DNA of 32,512 nucleotides from Halobacteriales archaeon (GCA_007118075.1 SKSH01000191.1:1-32512); one strand, 5' to 3'; positions 15,563 to 24,231 are shown, numbered from the stretch's first letter. Notes: generated by a model from the letters alone, not told the origin. Translations and numbers: made by a program.

Positions 15563-16288
15563 ATGTACAAGCACATCGCTCTCCTCGTCAGGAAAGATGG
15601 GCTCACCCACGCGGAGTTCATCGAGTACTGGCAGCACGAACATACCCAGATTGCGAAGGATATCGAGGGGGTCATCCGGTACCAGACGGTGGTACCGGTC
15701 GACCCAACCGTCGCTGAATTCGATGGTATCGCCGAGTTGTACTTCGAATCGATAGACGAGCTCCATGCCGCCCTCGGGAGTCCGGGTGATCGGGATTACG
15801 ACCCAGACCTCGAGGTGGCAGCAAAAGCCAGGGCCGATGTCGACAACTTCCTCGCTATCGAGCGTCGTCCTCGTCTAATCGGTGAAGAGACGGTACAACG
15901 AGACGAGACCGGCGGTGATACGACAGGTCTCTACAAACACGCTGCCTTCCTGGTTCGAAAGCCTGGGATGACCCACGAGGAGTTCGTCGAGTATTGGCAA
16001 TCGAATCATACCCCGATCGCCCGTGAGATCGAGGGCGTCGTCAGGTATGCGACAGTGATCCCGACCGAACCAGCTGTCGCCGAATTCGATGGAGTCGCAG
16101 AGCTTTACTTCGAATCATTGGACGATCTCCATGCAGCACTCGGGAGTCCGGGTGATCGAGACTACGATCCAGCGCTCGAGGTTGCCGCCAAGGCGAGAGC
16201 TGACGTGGATAACTTCCTCGCCATCGAGGATCGACCACGGCTCATCGGCCGTGAGACAGTCCAAGTCGACCGGAGCGATAGACCATGA
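15563..16288 (+). CDS. tandem-duplicated EthD domain protein (two EthD/DABB-fold modules fused)
   Basis: 241 aa. Residues 2-112 and 124-234 are about 80% identical by hand alignment (YKHIALLVRKDGLTHAEFIEYWQ.. versus YKHAAFLVRKPGMTHEEFVEYWQ..). Each half has the length and pattern of an EthD domain. Confidence 0.85.
   Translation: MYKHIALLVRKDGLTHAEFIEYWQHEHTQIAKDIEGVIRYQTVVPVDPTVAEFDGIAELYFESIDELHAALGSPGDRDYDPDLEVAAKARADVDNFLAIERRPRLIGEETVQRDETGGDTTGLYKHAAFLVRKPGMTHEEFVEYWQSNHTPIAREIEGVVRYATVIPTEPAVAEFDGVAELYFESLDDLHAALGSPGDRDYDPALEVAAKARADVDNFLAIEDRPRLIGRETVQVDRSDRP
15566..16264 (+). repeat. internal tandem duplication, period 366 nt (122 codons), two copies
   Basis: 15566-15898 aligns with 15932-16264. 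Identical peptide blocks (LGSPGDRDYDP, LEVAAKARADVDNFLAIE) are encoded with several synonymous differences. Confidence 0.85.
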
Positions 16289-16875
16289 GCGTCGATCGGA
16301 TCGACGAGATCACCAGTGCATTCCCTGAATTGGCCGAGATCTCGGATGATACCCTCAAAGAGCAGGTGAGCAGGGCCTGGCAACTCGGCCTCGTCCGTGG
16401 CGGCTGGGAGAGTATGTACGACATCCCGTACGCGTGGAACATCCACGAAGTGACCACCGTCGAACACGTCCGGGGGGTCACCCAGATAGCCACCAGTGCC
16501 GCAAATCTCACCCGGTCGGTCCATGATGCTGAACCGAACCTCGATGTGACGATCGCTGCTGCACTCTTACATGATGTTGGCAAGTGCTACGAGTACGTCG
16601 CATACGTCGATGCCGAGCTGGTCGATCCCGATCCCACGTACGCCGATGCCACCATCCCACACTCGCTATCAAGTTACGCGCTAGCCCATGAGGTGGGCTG
16701 TCCGATTGCCGTCCAACAAGCGATCCCACACGTCATCGGTGAGATCCCCACGAGGACACTCGAGGCAGAGCTGGTCAAACAGGCCAATGCAATCTCATCG
16801 AACGCGATCACCCAAGCGACGATGGGCATCTCGCTGACCGAATGGATCGACGAGTACTCAACGGCGATACGGTAA
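16285..16875 (+). CDS. HD-domain metal-dependent phosphohydrolase
   Basis: 196 aa. It has ...AAALLHDVGKCYEY (the HD motif). Its ATG at 16285 overlaps the EthD stop (ATGA, 16285-16288). Confidence 0.85.
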   Translation: MSVDRIDEITSAFPELAEISDDTLKEQVSRAWQLGLVRGGWESMYDIPYAWNIHEVTTVEHVRGVTQIATSAANLTRSVHDAEPNLDVTIAAALLHDVGKCYEYVAYVDAELVDPDPTYADATIPHSLSSYALAHEVGCPIAVQQAIPHVIGEIPTRTLEAELVKQANAISSNAITQATMGISLTEWIDEYSTAIR

Positions 16876-16876
16876 A

Positions 16877-17548
16877 TCAGCCAGTTCGTTCCACCGTGAC
16901 GACCACGTGCTCCCCATCGGCTGCTGCATCAGGGGAGGCGCCGAGCACGCCAGAGAGGACGTGTTCGCTTGGATCGACCGCTTCGCCGTCGACGGTGATC
17001 GAGACGGTTGTATCCTCATCACGGTCATCGTAGTGTTCACCGTTGTACTCAATGACGGTCCCACCATCATCCACGACAATCCCGAGGGTAGCGAGGGCGT
17101 ATTCAAGCGTGATATCCTGGCCATGTGTGTGCCAGACGTTGTTTCCACCATGGAAGTGGAACCAGTAGGGATCGGCCATGATCAGCGATTGATCGTTTGC
17201 GAAATCGAACACCTCCCCGTCGATCTCCACGTCCATCAGCCCGTGTTCATGGAGACTATCGAAATCGGATGGTGTCTTCGCGACGTCATCGGTGTATAGC
17301 GGCGGTTCATCGCCACCACCCCCCGCCACGAGGACAACCGCCACGAGCATACCGATGACGAGGACCACCCCGATGCCTATCCCGGCGATTGCACCCGTCG
17401 GCAGTCCACCATCATCACTGTCGGTGTGCCCCTTGACACGTCGCTGGTCGATTGGACTCAGCTCATCTGCCGCGTGCTCGGTGCTGAGGTGCTGGATGAG
17501 TGCCGCCTCATCGTCGAATCGAGCATCGCAGTACCGACAGTCAGCCAT
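16877..17548 (-). CDS. membrane-anchored C2H2 zinc-finger protein with a His-rich extracytoplasmic domain
   Basis: ORF 16877..17560(-) begins at TTG. An ATG at 17546-17548 gives MADCRYCDARFDDEAALIQHLSTEH (C-x2-C-x12-H-x4-H). One TM segment follows (AIAGIGIGVVLVIGMLVAVVLVAGGGG). The C-terminal domain contains HEHG...WFHFHGGNNVWHTHG. Confidence 0.65.
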   Translation of the reverse strand: MADCRYCDARFDDEAALIQHLSTEHAADELSPIDQRRVKGHTDSDDGGLPTGAIAGIGIGVVLVIGMLVAVVLVAGGGGDEPPLYTDDVAKTPSDFDSLHEHGLMDVEIDGEVFDFANDQSLIMADPYWFHFHGGNNVWHTHGQDITLEYALATLGIVVDDGGTVIEYNGEHYDDRDEDTTVSITVDGEAVDPSEHVLSGVLGASPDAAADGEHVVVTVERTG

Positions 17549-17593
17549 TACCCATACCAATCGGACGGATATTGATGAACGTCTCGGCTCAGG

Positions 17594-18559
17594 TCACCAA
17601 AGCGGTTCGAGACCAGCCTCGTCTCTGAGGACCCCGATGTACTCCCGGAAACCGCTTTTCAGATCGTACGCAGGCGTATACCCGAGCTCCTCCTTGGCAG
17701 CCGTCATATCAAGCCGCTGCGTCCACGGTAGCTCTCCTGCATCACTCACCTCGAGGTCGGCATCCGGAATGAGCTCTGAGACCGTCTCTGCCGCCTCTCG
17801 AACGGTCGCGAGCGATCCTCGGACATTGTAGATCGACCGGTTCCGTGATGCGGCAGGCGTCTCCATCGCAAGTCTGAACGATGTCGCGATATCTTTCACA
17901 TACTGCCAGTCGATGACCTGGTCCCCGTACTCGACACTGAACGGTTCACCGAGGGCTGGCTTTTCGATGATGTTGGCGAGGAAAGCCGAGCCGCCAGTCT
18001 CGCGGTATGGACCATACGCAACGGTCGGCCGGAGGCCGACGTGATCCAGATCGTAGTCCTCCTCATACACCTTCGCCTGGATCTCGTTGTACACCTTCGA
18101 ACCTCCATAGAGGGTGTCGGGATACACCAGATCCGCCTCGGTCACCCAGCCGTGGTCGTAGTTGGCTGGCGGTGCATACACTGCTGCACTCGAAGCCCAA
18201 GCGACACGCTCGATCTGATTGTCCAGTGCTCTCGCCGCCTCGAAGATGTTGGTCGTCCCCTCGATGTTCACCTTGACTGCTGCCGCTGGATTGGCTCGGG
18301 CAGACGTGGTCAAGAGTGCCGCAAGGTGGACGATATACCTCGCGTCGGACTCACGAAGGACCCGAACCATGCCCATCGCATCGACCACGTCACCACGGAT
18401 GACCTCCACCTCATCGGCAACTCCGAGCTTCTCGAGGATTCGTGTGTCATCCGAGTGATCGAAGCAGACGACATCGTATCCGTGGTCGACCAACTCCGCC
18501 GCGGTATACGATCCTATGAACCCAGTTCCACCGGTCAGGAATACGGTCTCGTCGGTCAT
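17594..18559 (-). CDS. NAD-dependent epimerase/dehydratase (extended SDR)
   Basis: 321 aa. It starts MTDETVFLTGGTGFIGSYTAAELV and has the YGGSKVYNE (YxxxK) motif. Confidence 0.9.
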   Translation of the reverse strand: MTDETVFLTGGTGFIGSYTAAELVDHGYDVVCFDHSDDTRILEKLGVADEVEVIRGDVVDAMGMVRVLRESDARYIVHLAALLTTSARANPAAAVKVNIEGTTNIFEAARALDNQIERVAWASSAAVYAPPANYDHGWVTEADLVYPDTLYGGSKVYNEIQAKVYEEDYDLDHVGLRPTVAYGPYRETGGSAFLANIIEKPALGEPFSVEYGDQVIDWQYVKDIATSFRLAMETPAASRNRSIYNVRGSLATVREAAETVSELIPDADLEVSDAGELPWTQRLDMTAAKEELGYTPAYDLKSGFREYIGVLRDEAGLEPLW

Positions 18560-18610
18560 ACCGGGAGGGTCGTGCGACCGAGCAAATAAGCCAACGATTC
18601 CGGCTGTCGG

Positions 18611-20305
18611 TCACTCGTGAAGTCCACCGACAGCTCGGTAGAAGGAGGATTGGAGGTGTGCGCCAGCGTCGATCGTCGAATCGATGTCGACCACGACAAC
18701 CGCTGGGAGATCCACCGAGAGTGCATGCCGGTATGCGTCTACGAGGCCATCTGGCTCACTGACCCGTTGTGCATCTGCTCCGAGGGTCTCTGCGACCGCG
18801 GCAAGATCAGTCCCTGGGAACTCGACACCGGGAATCGCCGGATCGATCTCACGAACCATCCCAAGGGCTCCATCGTCGAGGACGACGTAGGTGGGTGAAA
18901 CTCCGTACTCCCGTGCGGTCTCGATGGCGGTCATGGTCATCGCGAACCCACCATCACCGGCGACGGATATCGCCTCATGGCCAGCCAGGGCAACCGCGAC
19001 CGCCGCTGGCGGTGACCACCCCATCCCGGCGACGCCGCCACTCCCGTAGTAGGTGCCGGCAACCCGTGTCTGATAGTGATGCATCAGCCAGAACCGATTA
19101 TTGCCCGAGTCCGCGAGGACAATCGCATCCGGGGGAGCCACCGATTGAAGGTCGGCTATGGCTCGCTCCGGCCTGACCGGTACATCATCAGCCGTCCGGT
19201 TGGGATCATCGAACGCATCCGTTCGAGCGTTGGCGGCGACAGAACGAGCCCATTCGGTATCAACTGATTCTGGGGCGTGCTCAACCAGTGCTGCGAGACC
19301 GAGGGCGGCATCACCGATGAGCGAGGTGTCAGCTGGGTACGTCCACCCGGCGTTTCGCGCATCGATATCGAGGTGGATGATCGTCTGGGTCTCCGGATCG
19401 ATGAAGTTCGGAGCCTGCCAGTTGGTGTCCATCGGGTTCAACCTGGTTCCGACCACGAGGAGACAATCGGCCTCACCGACCAGGCGATTGGCCTCCTCGT
19501 GACCGTACGACCCGATGACACCGCCGGCCAGTTCGTGGTCCTCAGGGATGGTCGATTTGCCAAGATACGAGGTCACCACCGCGGCACCGAACGCCTTCGC
19601 GGTCGCCTCGAGTTCCGCATAGGCGGATGACTGATGGACCCCATTGCCAGCGATGATGACTGGTGAATCCGATGCTACAAGCTGAGATGCTGCGGTCGTG
19701 ACTGCGGACGATCGAGGCTGGGCTCGGTCAACCGAACTCCGGGTCCCGACAGCCCATCGAGGTGGATGTGGATCGGCCGGGAGCGATTCGGTCACCGCAG
19801 CACCATCGAGGATGACCGCGGTCGGTCCGGGACGACCGGCCATCGCGTGCTTGAACGCCAGCTCCACGGCTGTGACGGTCTCGGTAGGTCGACGTGGCTT
19901 CCACGTCTCCTTGGTCATCGCATCGAGTATCTGTGGGAGATCGATACCGCCGTAATCTCCACGAGCGGCCTGGTACGGAGCCAACGGTGCGAACTCACCT
20001 CGTTCGCTCGCCTCGGTGATTGCCACCATCGGCGACGAACCAAGTCTGGCCTCCATGAGCCCCATCGCCCCGAGACTGCCGATCCAAGGTCCCTGACCCA
20101 TCAGGACACCCGGTTCACCGGTGATCCGTCCATGCGCCTCAGCCATCACGGCTGCCTGACGCTCATCACGTGGCCGGACAACCTCGATATCGGTCCCTGC
20201 GAGTGTCTCGAAGACCTCGATGACTCGCCCGCCTGGATAGCCGAAAACCCGATTGACATCCAACGATGCTAGCACCTCGACGATCGCCTCCGCGGTCGTC
20301 GTCAT
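18611..20305 (-). CDS. thiamine pyrophosphate-dependent enzyme (acetolactate synthase large-subunit-like family; substrate unknown)
   Basis: 564 aa. The N-terminal pyrimidine-binding domain reads VFGYPGGRVIEVFETL...AVMAEAHGRITGEPGVLMGQGPW. The C-terminal TPP motif is ISVAGDGGFAMTMTAIETA (GDG-x24-27-N type). GGAGGT lies 5 nt upstream of the ATG. Confidence 0.9.
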   Translation of the reverse strand: MTTTAEAIVEVLASLDVNRVFGYPGGRVIEVFETLAGTDIEVVRPRDERQAAVMAEAHGRITGEPGVLMGQGPWIGSLGAMGLMEARLGSSPMVAITEASERGEFAPLAPYQAARGDYGGIDLPQILDAMTKETWKPRRPTETVTAVELAFKHAMAGRPGPTAVILDGAAVTESLPADPHPPRWAVGTRSSVDRAQPRSSAVTTAASQLVASDSPVIIAGNGVHQSSAYAELEATAKAFGAAVVTSYLGKSTIPEDHELAGGVIGSYGHEEANRLVGEADCLLVVGTRLNPMDTNWQAPNFIDPETQTIIHLDIDARNAGWTYPADTSLIGDAALGLAALVEHAPESVDTEWARSVAANARTDAFDDPNRTADDVPVRPERAIADLQSVAPPDAIVLADSGNNRFWLMHHYQTRVAGTYYGSGGVAGMGWSPPAAVAVALAGHEAISVAGDGGFAMTMTAIETAREYGVSPTYVVLDDGALGMVREIDPAIPGVEFPGTDLAAVAETLGADAQRVSEPDGLVDAYRHALSVDLPAVVVVDIDSTIDAGAHLQSSFYRAVGGLHE

Positions 20306-20424
20306 GGGAACCTCCGTACCGGGGCGATCGTGCTATCGTCGGTCGAAATCTCGTCGGAAACTCGACGCTCGATCATCTCCAGATTGGTCACGTGGTTCGC
20401 CCTTGGGTCTACCGGTCCGGACGG

Positions 20425-20760
20425 ATGCTTAAGCCCGATGGGGACGAAAACAGTCCCGTGCCAACCATCTATAGTACGTGTCCTCCCGATGCAGCGGTGA
20501 ATATAGCCGCCCAGCTCATCGAAGATCAACTGGCGGCATGTGTGAACGCAATCGACTGTCACTCGACATATCGATGGGATGGAGACGTCATCACCGAAGA
20601 TGAAACCATCCTCCTGTGTAAAACGAGTGCCGATCGGGTCGACGAACTGATCGAGCGCATTGATGCGCTTCATCCACACGAAGTACCGTGTATCGAGCGA
20701 TTCGATGCCACAGAAACCCCAGAACCATTCGCTGAATGGATCGAGGATTCCGTTCGATGA
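20425..20760 (+). CDS. cutA: divalent-cation tolerance protein CutA
   Basis: ORF 20266..20760(+). An internal ATG is at 20425. ...IYSTCPPDAAVNIAAQLIEDQLAACVNAIDCHSTYRWDGDVITEDETILLCKT...LHPHEVPCI is typical of CutA1. Confidence 0.85.
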   Translation: MLKPDGDENSPVPTIYSTCPPDAAVNIAAQLIEDQLAACVNAIDCHSTYRWDGDVITEDETILLCKTSADRVDELIERIDALHPHEVPCIERFDATETPEPFAEWIEDSVR

Positions 20761-20790
20761 TAGTTCTTCCATCGGCGACGGTTGCAAACC

Positions 20791-20796
20791 TTTAAA
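20791..20796 (+). promoter_or_regulatory. TATA box (TTTAAA) for the uL11 gene; leaderless spacing
   Basis: TTTAAA at 20791-20796. The ATG at 20821 is about 27 nt from the box centre. Confidence 0.5.
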
Positions 20797-20820
20797 CACG
20801 CCACAACGCCCCCTACGTGT

Positions 20821-21309
20821 ATGGGAGAAACGATCGAGCTGCTCGTCCCAGGCGGGCAGGCCACGCCGGGTCCACCATTGGGCCCAGAGCTCGGCCCGAC
20901 GCCGGTGGATGTGCAGGCAGTCGTCAACGAGATCAACAATCAGACCGCCGCGTTCGATGGCACCGAGGTACCAGTCACCGTCGAGTACGAGGAGGATGGT
21001 TCGTTCACCATCGAGGTGGGTGTCCCGCCAACGGCAGCGCTCATCAAGGACAAGGCAGGATTCGAGACGGGATCTGGTGTGCCCCAGGAGGAGTTCGTGG
21101 CCGACCTCACCATGGAGGAAGTCCGTGAAGTCGCCGAACAGAAGCTTCCCGATCTCCTCGCGTATGACGTGAAGGCGGCGGCGAAGGAGGTCATCGGTAC
21201 CTGCGTCACCCTCGGGGTGACCATCGAGGGGATCGATGCGCGTGACATCTTCGACGATATCGATGCCGGAGAGTACGATGACGTCCTCGTCGATGCTGTT
21301 GAAGCCTGA
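20821..21309 (+). CDS. rpl11: 50S ribosomal protein L11 (uL11)
   Basis: ORF 20782..21309(+) begins at TTG. The ATG at 20821 gives MGETIELLVPGGQATPGPPLGPELGPTPVDVQAVVNEIN... Confidence 0.95.
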   Translation: MGETIELLVPGGQATPGPPLGPELGPTPVDVQAVVNEINNQTAAFDGTEVPVTVEYEEDGSFTIEVGVPPTAALIKDKAGFETGSGVPQEEFVADLTMEEVREVAEQKLPDLLAYDVKAAAKEVIGTCVTLGVTIEGIDARDIFDDIDAGEYDDVLVDAVEA

Positions 21310-21327
21310 ACCACCATCTACCCGCTG

Positions 21328-22116
21328 ATGTCAGACGTCCTCACCGCTGACTATCACGTCCACTCGAACTACTCCGATGGTAGCTTCCTCGAGTGGATGG
21401 TCCGTTCTGCGGCCCGTACCGGACTTGAAGGGGTCGGCATCGCCGACCATTGTATGCTCCCGAGACGGCGTGAGCCGCTCGAACACCGGATCGTCGCCGG
21501 TTACAACCTCGATCTCACCTACAAGCGTCGTCGCGAGGCGATCGACCTTGTCGATGAGGTGGTCGACATCGAGATCTACGACGCGGTCGAGATGGATTTC
21601 TTCAGGGAATCGACCGAGGAGATAGCGGCGTTCCTCGCCGAAGCTGACTTCGATTATGCGATCGGGAGCGTGCACGAGATCGATGGCCAGAACGTCCACT
21701 TCTCTGAGCATCTCCTCGATAAAAGCCCAAGCCAACGAAAGGCACTCGTCGACGACTACTTCGACGATCTCGAGACAATGATCCGATCTGAGTTGTTCGA
21801 GATCTGTGCTCATCCAGATATCGTCGAACGTAACGAGGCGATTCGGGGTCTCGCCACCAAAGCACACTACGAACAGATCGCCGCCGCATTCGCCGATTCG
21901 CGGACCATCCCAGAGCTGAACGCCGGTCGGATTCTCGATGAGTACGGTCAGTTCCATCCGAATGAACCCTTCCTCGAGATTCTCATTGAGTACGACATCC
22001 CGATCACCGTCGGGAGTGATTCACACAGTCCCGAGGCGATCGGCCCGAGGATCGAACGTCTCGAACGGGCTTTCGAAGATCACGGGCTCACCCCAGCCAT
22101 CCCGTTCGAACACTGA
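21328..22116 (+). CDS. PHP-domain phosphoesterase (histidinol-phosphatase HisJ/K-like family)
   Basis: 262 aa. It has DYHVHSNYSDGS...GIADHC...GSVHEI...CAHPD...GSDSHSP, the PHP His/Asp metal motifs in canonical order. Confidence 0.85.
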   Translation: MSDVLTADYHVHSNYSDGSFLEWMVRSAARTGLEGVGIADHCMLPRRREPLEHRIVAGYNLDLTYKRRREAIDLVDEVVDIEIYDAVEMDFFRESTEEIAAFLAEADFDYAIGSVHEIDGQNVHFSEHLLDKSPSQRKALVDDYFDDLETMIRSELFEICAHPDIVERNEAIRGLATKAHYEQIAAAFADSRTIPELNAGRILDEYGQFHPNEPFLEILIEYDIPITVGSDSHSPEAIGPRIERLERAFEDHGLTPAIPFEH

Positions 22117-22133
22117 TTCGCCGGTTCGACGGG

Positions 22134-22226
22134 TTTAAGTCGGGCTTGGGCCTTTTCTCGGGCGAGACAGGTGTTCGCCTGTTTCGTCCGTAGCAGCGGA
22201 ATGTCCGCGTACTACGGAGGGATACC
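22134..22226 (+). promoter_or_regulatory. promoter (TTTAAG at 22134-22139) and structured 5' leader of the L1-L10-L12 operon; candidate L1 autoregulatory site
   Basis: A TATA-like TTTAAG lies about 90 nt upstream of the L1 ATG. The hairpin GAGACAGG-tgttcg-CCTGTTTC spans 22164-22185, and an alternative GGCGA...TCGCC pairing spans 22161-22179. L1-binding leaders are documented for archaeal L1 operons. Confidence 0.35.
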
Positions 22227-22865
22227 ATGGCCGATAATGACATCGTAGATGCGGTCGCACGCGCGCTAGAGGAGGCGCCAGAGCGGAATTTCGTCGAATC
22301 CGTCGACCTCGCCATCAACCTTCGGGACCTCGATCTCAACGACCCCTCACAGCGGGTCGACGAGAGCATCGTGCTCCCCTCGGGGACCGGCAAGGAGACA
22401 CGGATCGTCGTCTTCGCCGAGGGAGAGACAGCAGCGCAAGCCGAATCCGTTGCGGATGAGGTACTTGACGCCGATGAGCTCGATGATCTTGGGGATGATC
22501 AGGATGCCGCCAAGCGCCTAGCAAATGAGACCAATTTCTTCATCGCCGAAGAGGCGATGATGCAGGATATTGGTCGGAACCTCGGACGTGTGCTGGGACC
22601 GCGAGGAAAGATGCCGACGCCGCTGTCGCCTGATGACGACGTTGTCGCGGTAGTAGAACGAATGAAGAACACAGTGCAGCTTCGCAGCCGTGATCGTCGG
22701 ACGTTCCATGCACTCGTCGGTGCCCGCAACATGGACGCCGAGGAGATCGCAGATAACGTCGACACGGTGCTTCGTCGACTGCATGCCTCGCTCGAGAAGG
22801 GCCCACGGAACCTTGACTCCGTCTACGTCAAGACCACGATGGGACCCTCGGTGGAGGTGGCCTGA
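22227..22865 (+). CDS. rpl1: 50S ribosomal protein L1 (uL1)
   Basis: 212 aa. [57 protein letters not shown].... Confidence 0.95.
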   Translation: MADNDIVDAVARALEEAPERNFVESVDLAINLRDLDLNDPSQRVDESIVLPSGTGKETRIVVFAEGETAAQAESVADEVLDADELDDLGDDQDAAKRLANETNFFIAEEAMMQDIGRNLGRVLGPRGKMPTPLSPDDDVVAVVERMKNTVQLRSRDRRTFHALVGARNMDAEEIADNVDTVLRRLHASLEKGPRNLDSVYVKTTMGPSVEVA

Positions 22866-22866
22866 G

Positions 22867-23895
22867 ATGACCGTCCAGACCGAGACCATCCCACCGTGGA
22901 AGGTCGAGGAGGTCGAGGCACTCAAGGACCTCCTTGAGGAGGCTGATTCTGTCGGAATTGTCTCATTGACTGGCATCCCCAGTCGGCAGCTGCAAACGAT
23001 GCGGCGTGAGCTCCACGAGACCGCCCGACTCAGAGTCAGCCGCAACACACTGGTGCGGCTGGCACTCGAAGAGGTCGACGAGGGTCTCGAAGAGCTCGTC
23101 GAGCACGTCAATGGCCAGGTCGGCATCGTCCTGTCTGATGCCAATCCGTTCGCGCTATTCAGACAGCTCGAGGCATCGAAGACGCCTGCACCGATCAGTG
23201 CCGGCGAGATCGCCCCCAACGATATCATCATCGAGGGAGGGGACACCGGGATCGACCCGGGACCGTTCGTCGGTGAACTGCAAAATGCCGGGGTTCCAGC
23301 CCGGATCGACCAGGGGTCGATCGAGGTCATCGAGACGACCACCGTCCTTGAGGCAGGTGACACTGTCACCCCCGAACAGGAGGGGATCTTCAACGAGCTT
23401 GAGCTCGAACCAAAAGAAGTCGGTCTCGATCTGCGAGCCGTCCTCGCCGATGGTGTGATCTTCTTCTCAGAAGATCTCGCCCTCGACATCGATGCCTACC
23501 GCAGCGACATCGCCAGTGCCTCGAGTAATGCTCGGGGGCTCGCCACCGAGGTGGCCTATCCGGCGGTCGAGGTGGTGCCGGCGTTGCTATCGAAGGCTGA
23601 CACCGCCGCAATGTCGGTTGCCGTCAAGGCAGGGTTCATCGAGGCAAAGACGGCCGACGCGGTCCTCTCGGCAGCGGTTGCCGATGGCCGTACACTCGCG
23701 GTGACGATCGATGATGACGAGGTGGTACCAGCCGCGGACATCCCGGCCGGTCCAGCTCAGGACGCGGTATCGACTACGGAAGAAGCGGACACAACTGACG
23801 AGGAGCCAACCGAGGAAGCCGACGCGGATGATGAGCCGGAGGACGATGACGAGGAGGAGGCGTCCGCCGAGGGCCTCGGGGACCTCTTCGGGTGA
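22867..23895 (+). CDS. rpl10: 50S ribosomal protein L10 / acidic ribosomal protein P0 (uL10)
   Basis: ORF 22690..23895(+). The ATG at 22867, 1 nt after the L1 stop, gives MTVQTETIPPWKVEEVEALKDLLEE.... The acidic tail ends EEEASAEGLGDLFG. Confidence 0.95.
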   Translation: MTVQTETIPPWKVEEVEALKDLLEEADSVGIVSLTGIPSRQLQTMRRELHETARLRVSRNTLVRLALEEVDEGLEELVEHVNGQVGIVLSDANPFALFRQLEASKTPAPISAGEIAPNDIIIEGGDTGIDPGPFVGELQNAGVPARIDQGSIEVIETTTVLEAGDTVTPEQEGIFNELELEPKEVGLDLRAVLADGVIFFSEDLALDIDAYRSDIASASSNARGLATEVAYPAVEVVPALLSKADTAAMSVAVKAGFIEAKTADAVLSAAVADGRTLAVTIDDDEVVPAADIPAGPAQDAVSTTEEADTTDEEPTEEADADDEPEDDDEEEASAEGLGDLFG

Positions 23896-23901
23896 TCAAC
23901 A

Positions 23902-24219
23902 ATGGAATACGTATACGCAGCACTCATCCTGAACGAAACGGAGGAAGAGATCAACGAAGAGAACCTGACCGCCGTCCTCGAGGCCGCCGGTGTTGACGTG
24001 GAGGAATCTCGCGTCAAGGCACTGGTCGCAGCGCTCGAGGATGTGAACATCGACGATGCGATCGCCGAAGCGGCCCCGGTGGCCGCCGCTGGAGCCGCGG
24101 CACCAGCCGCAGAGCCAGCCGATGAGGAAGAACCAGAGGCCGAGGAGGCCGCTGATGAGGAGGAAGACGACGAGGAAGAGGAGGCCAGCGGCGAAGGCCT
24201 CGGTGAACTGTTCGGCTGA
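23902..24219 (+). CDS. rpl12: 50S ribosomal protein L12 / P1 (stalk protein)
   Basis: 105 aa. It starts [31 protein letters not shown]..., followed by an Ala/Glu-rich hinge and the tail [14 protein letters not shown]. Confidence 0.95.
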   Translation: MEYVYAALILNETEEEINEENLTAVLEAAGVDVEESRVKALVAALEDVNIDDAIAEAAPVAAAGAAAPAAEPADEEEPEAEEAADEEEDDEEEEASGEGLGELFG

Positions 24220-24231
24220 TAATCGACGGAA

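Noticed and set aside
22518-23489. Long antisense ORFs opposite well-supported genes. Examples are 22518..23489(-) opposite uL10, 7141..7656(-) opposite crcB, 2646..3059(-) opposite PAC2, and 26427..26918(-) and 26919..27428(-) opposite the TctA permease.
   Set aside because: These are typical stop-codon-poor antisense frames of GC-rich DNA. Their translations are Ser/Arg/Pro/Thr-rich and low in complexity, with no motifs. The sense-strand genes have unambiguous family signatures.
23840-24219. Near-identical acidic C-terminal tails of uL10(P0) and P1/L12 (EEEASAEGLGDLFG versus [14 protein letters not shown]) and Glu/Asp/Ala-rich low-complexity DNA
   Set aside because: This is a well-known conserved feature of archaeal and eukaryotic stalk proteins (the factor-binding tail). 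It is not a novel repeat.
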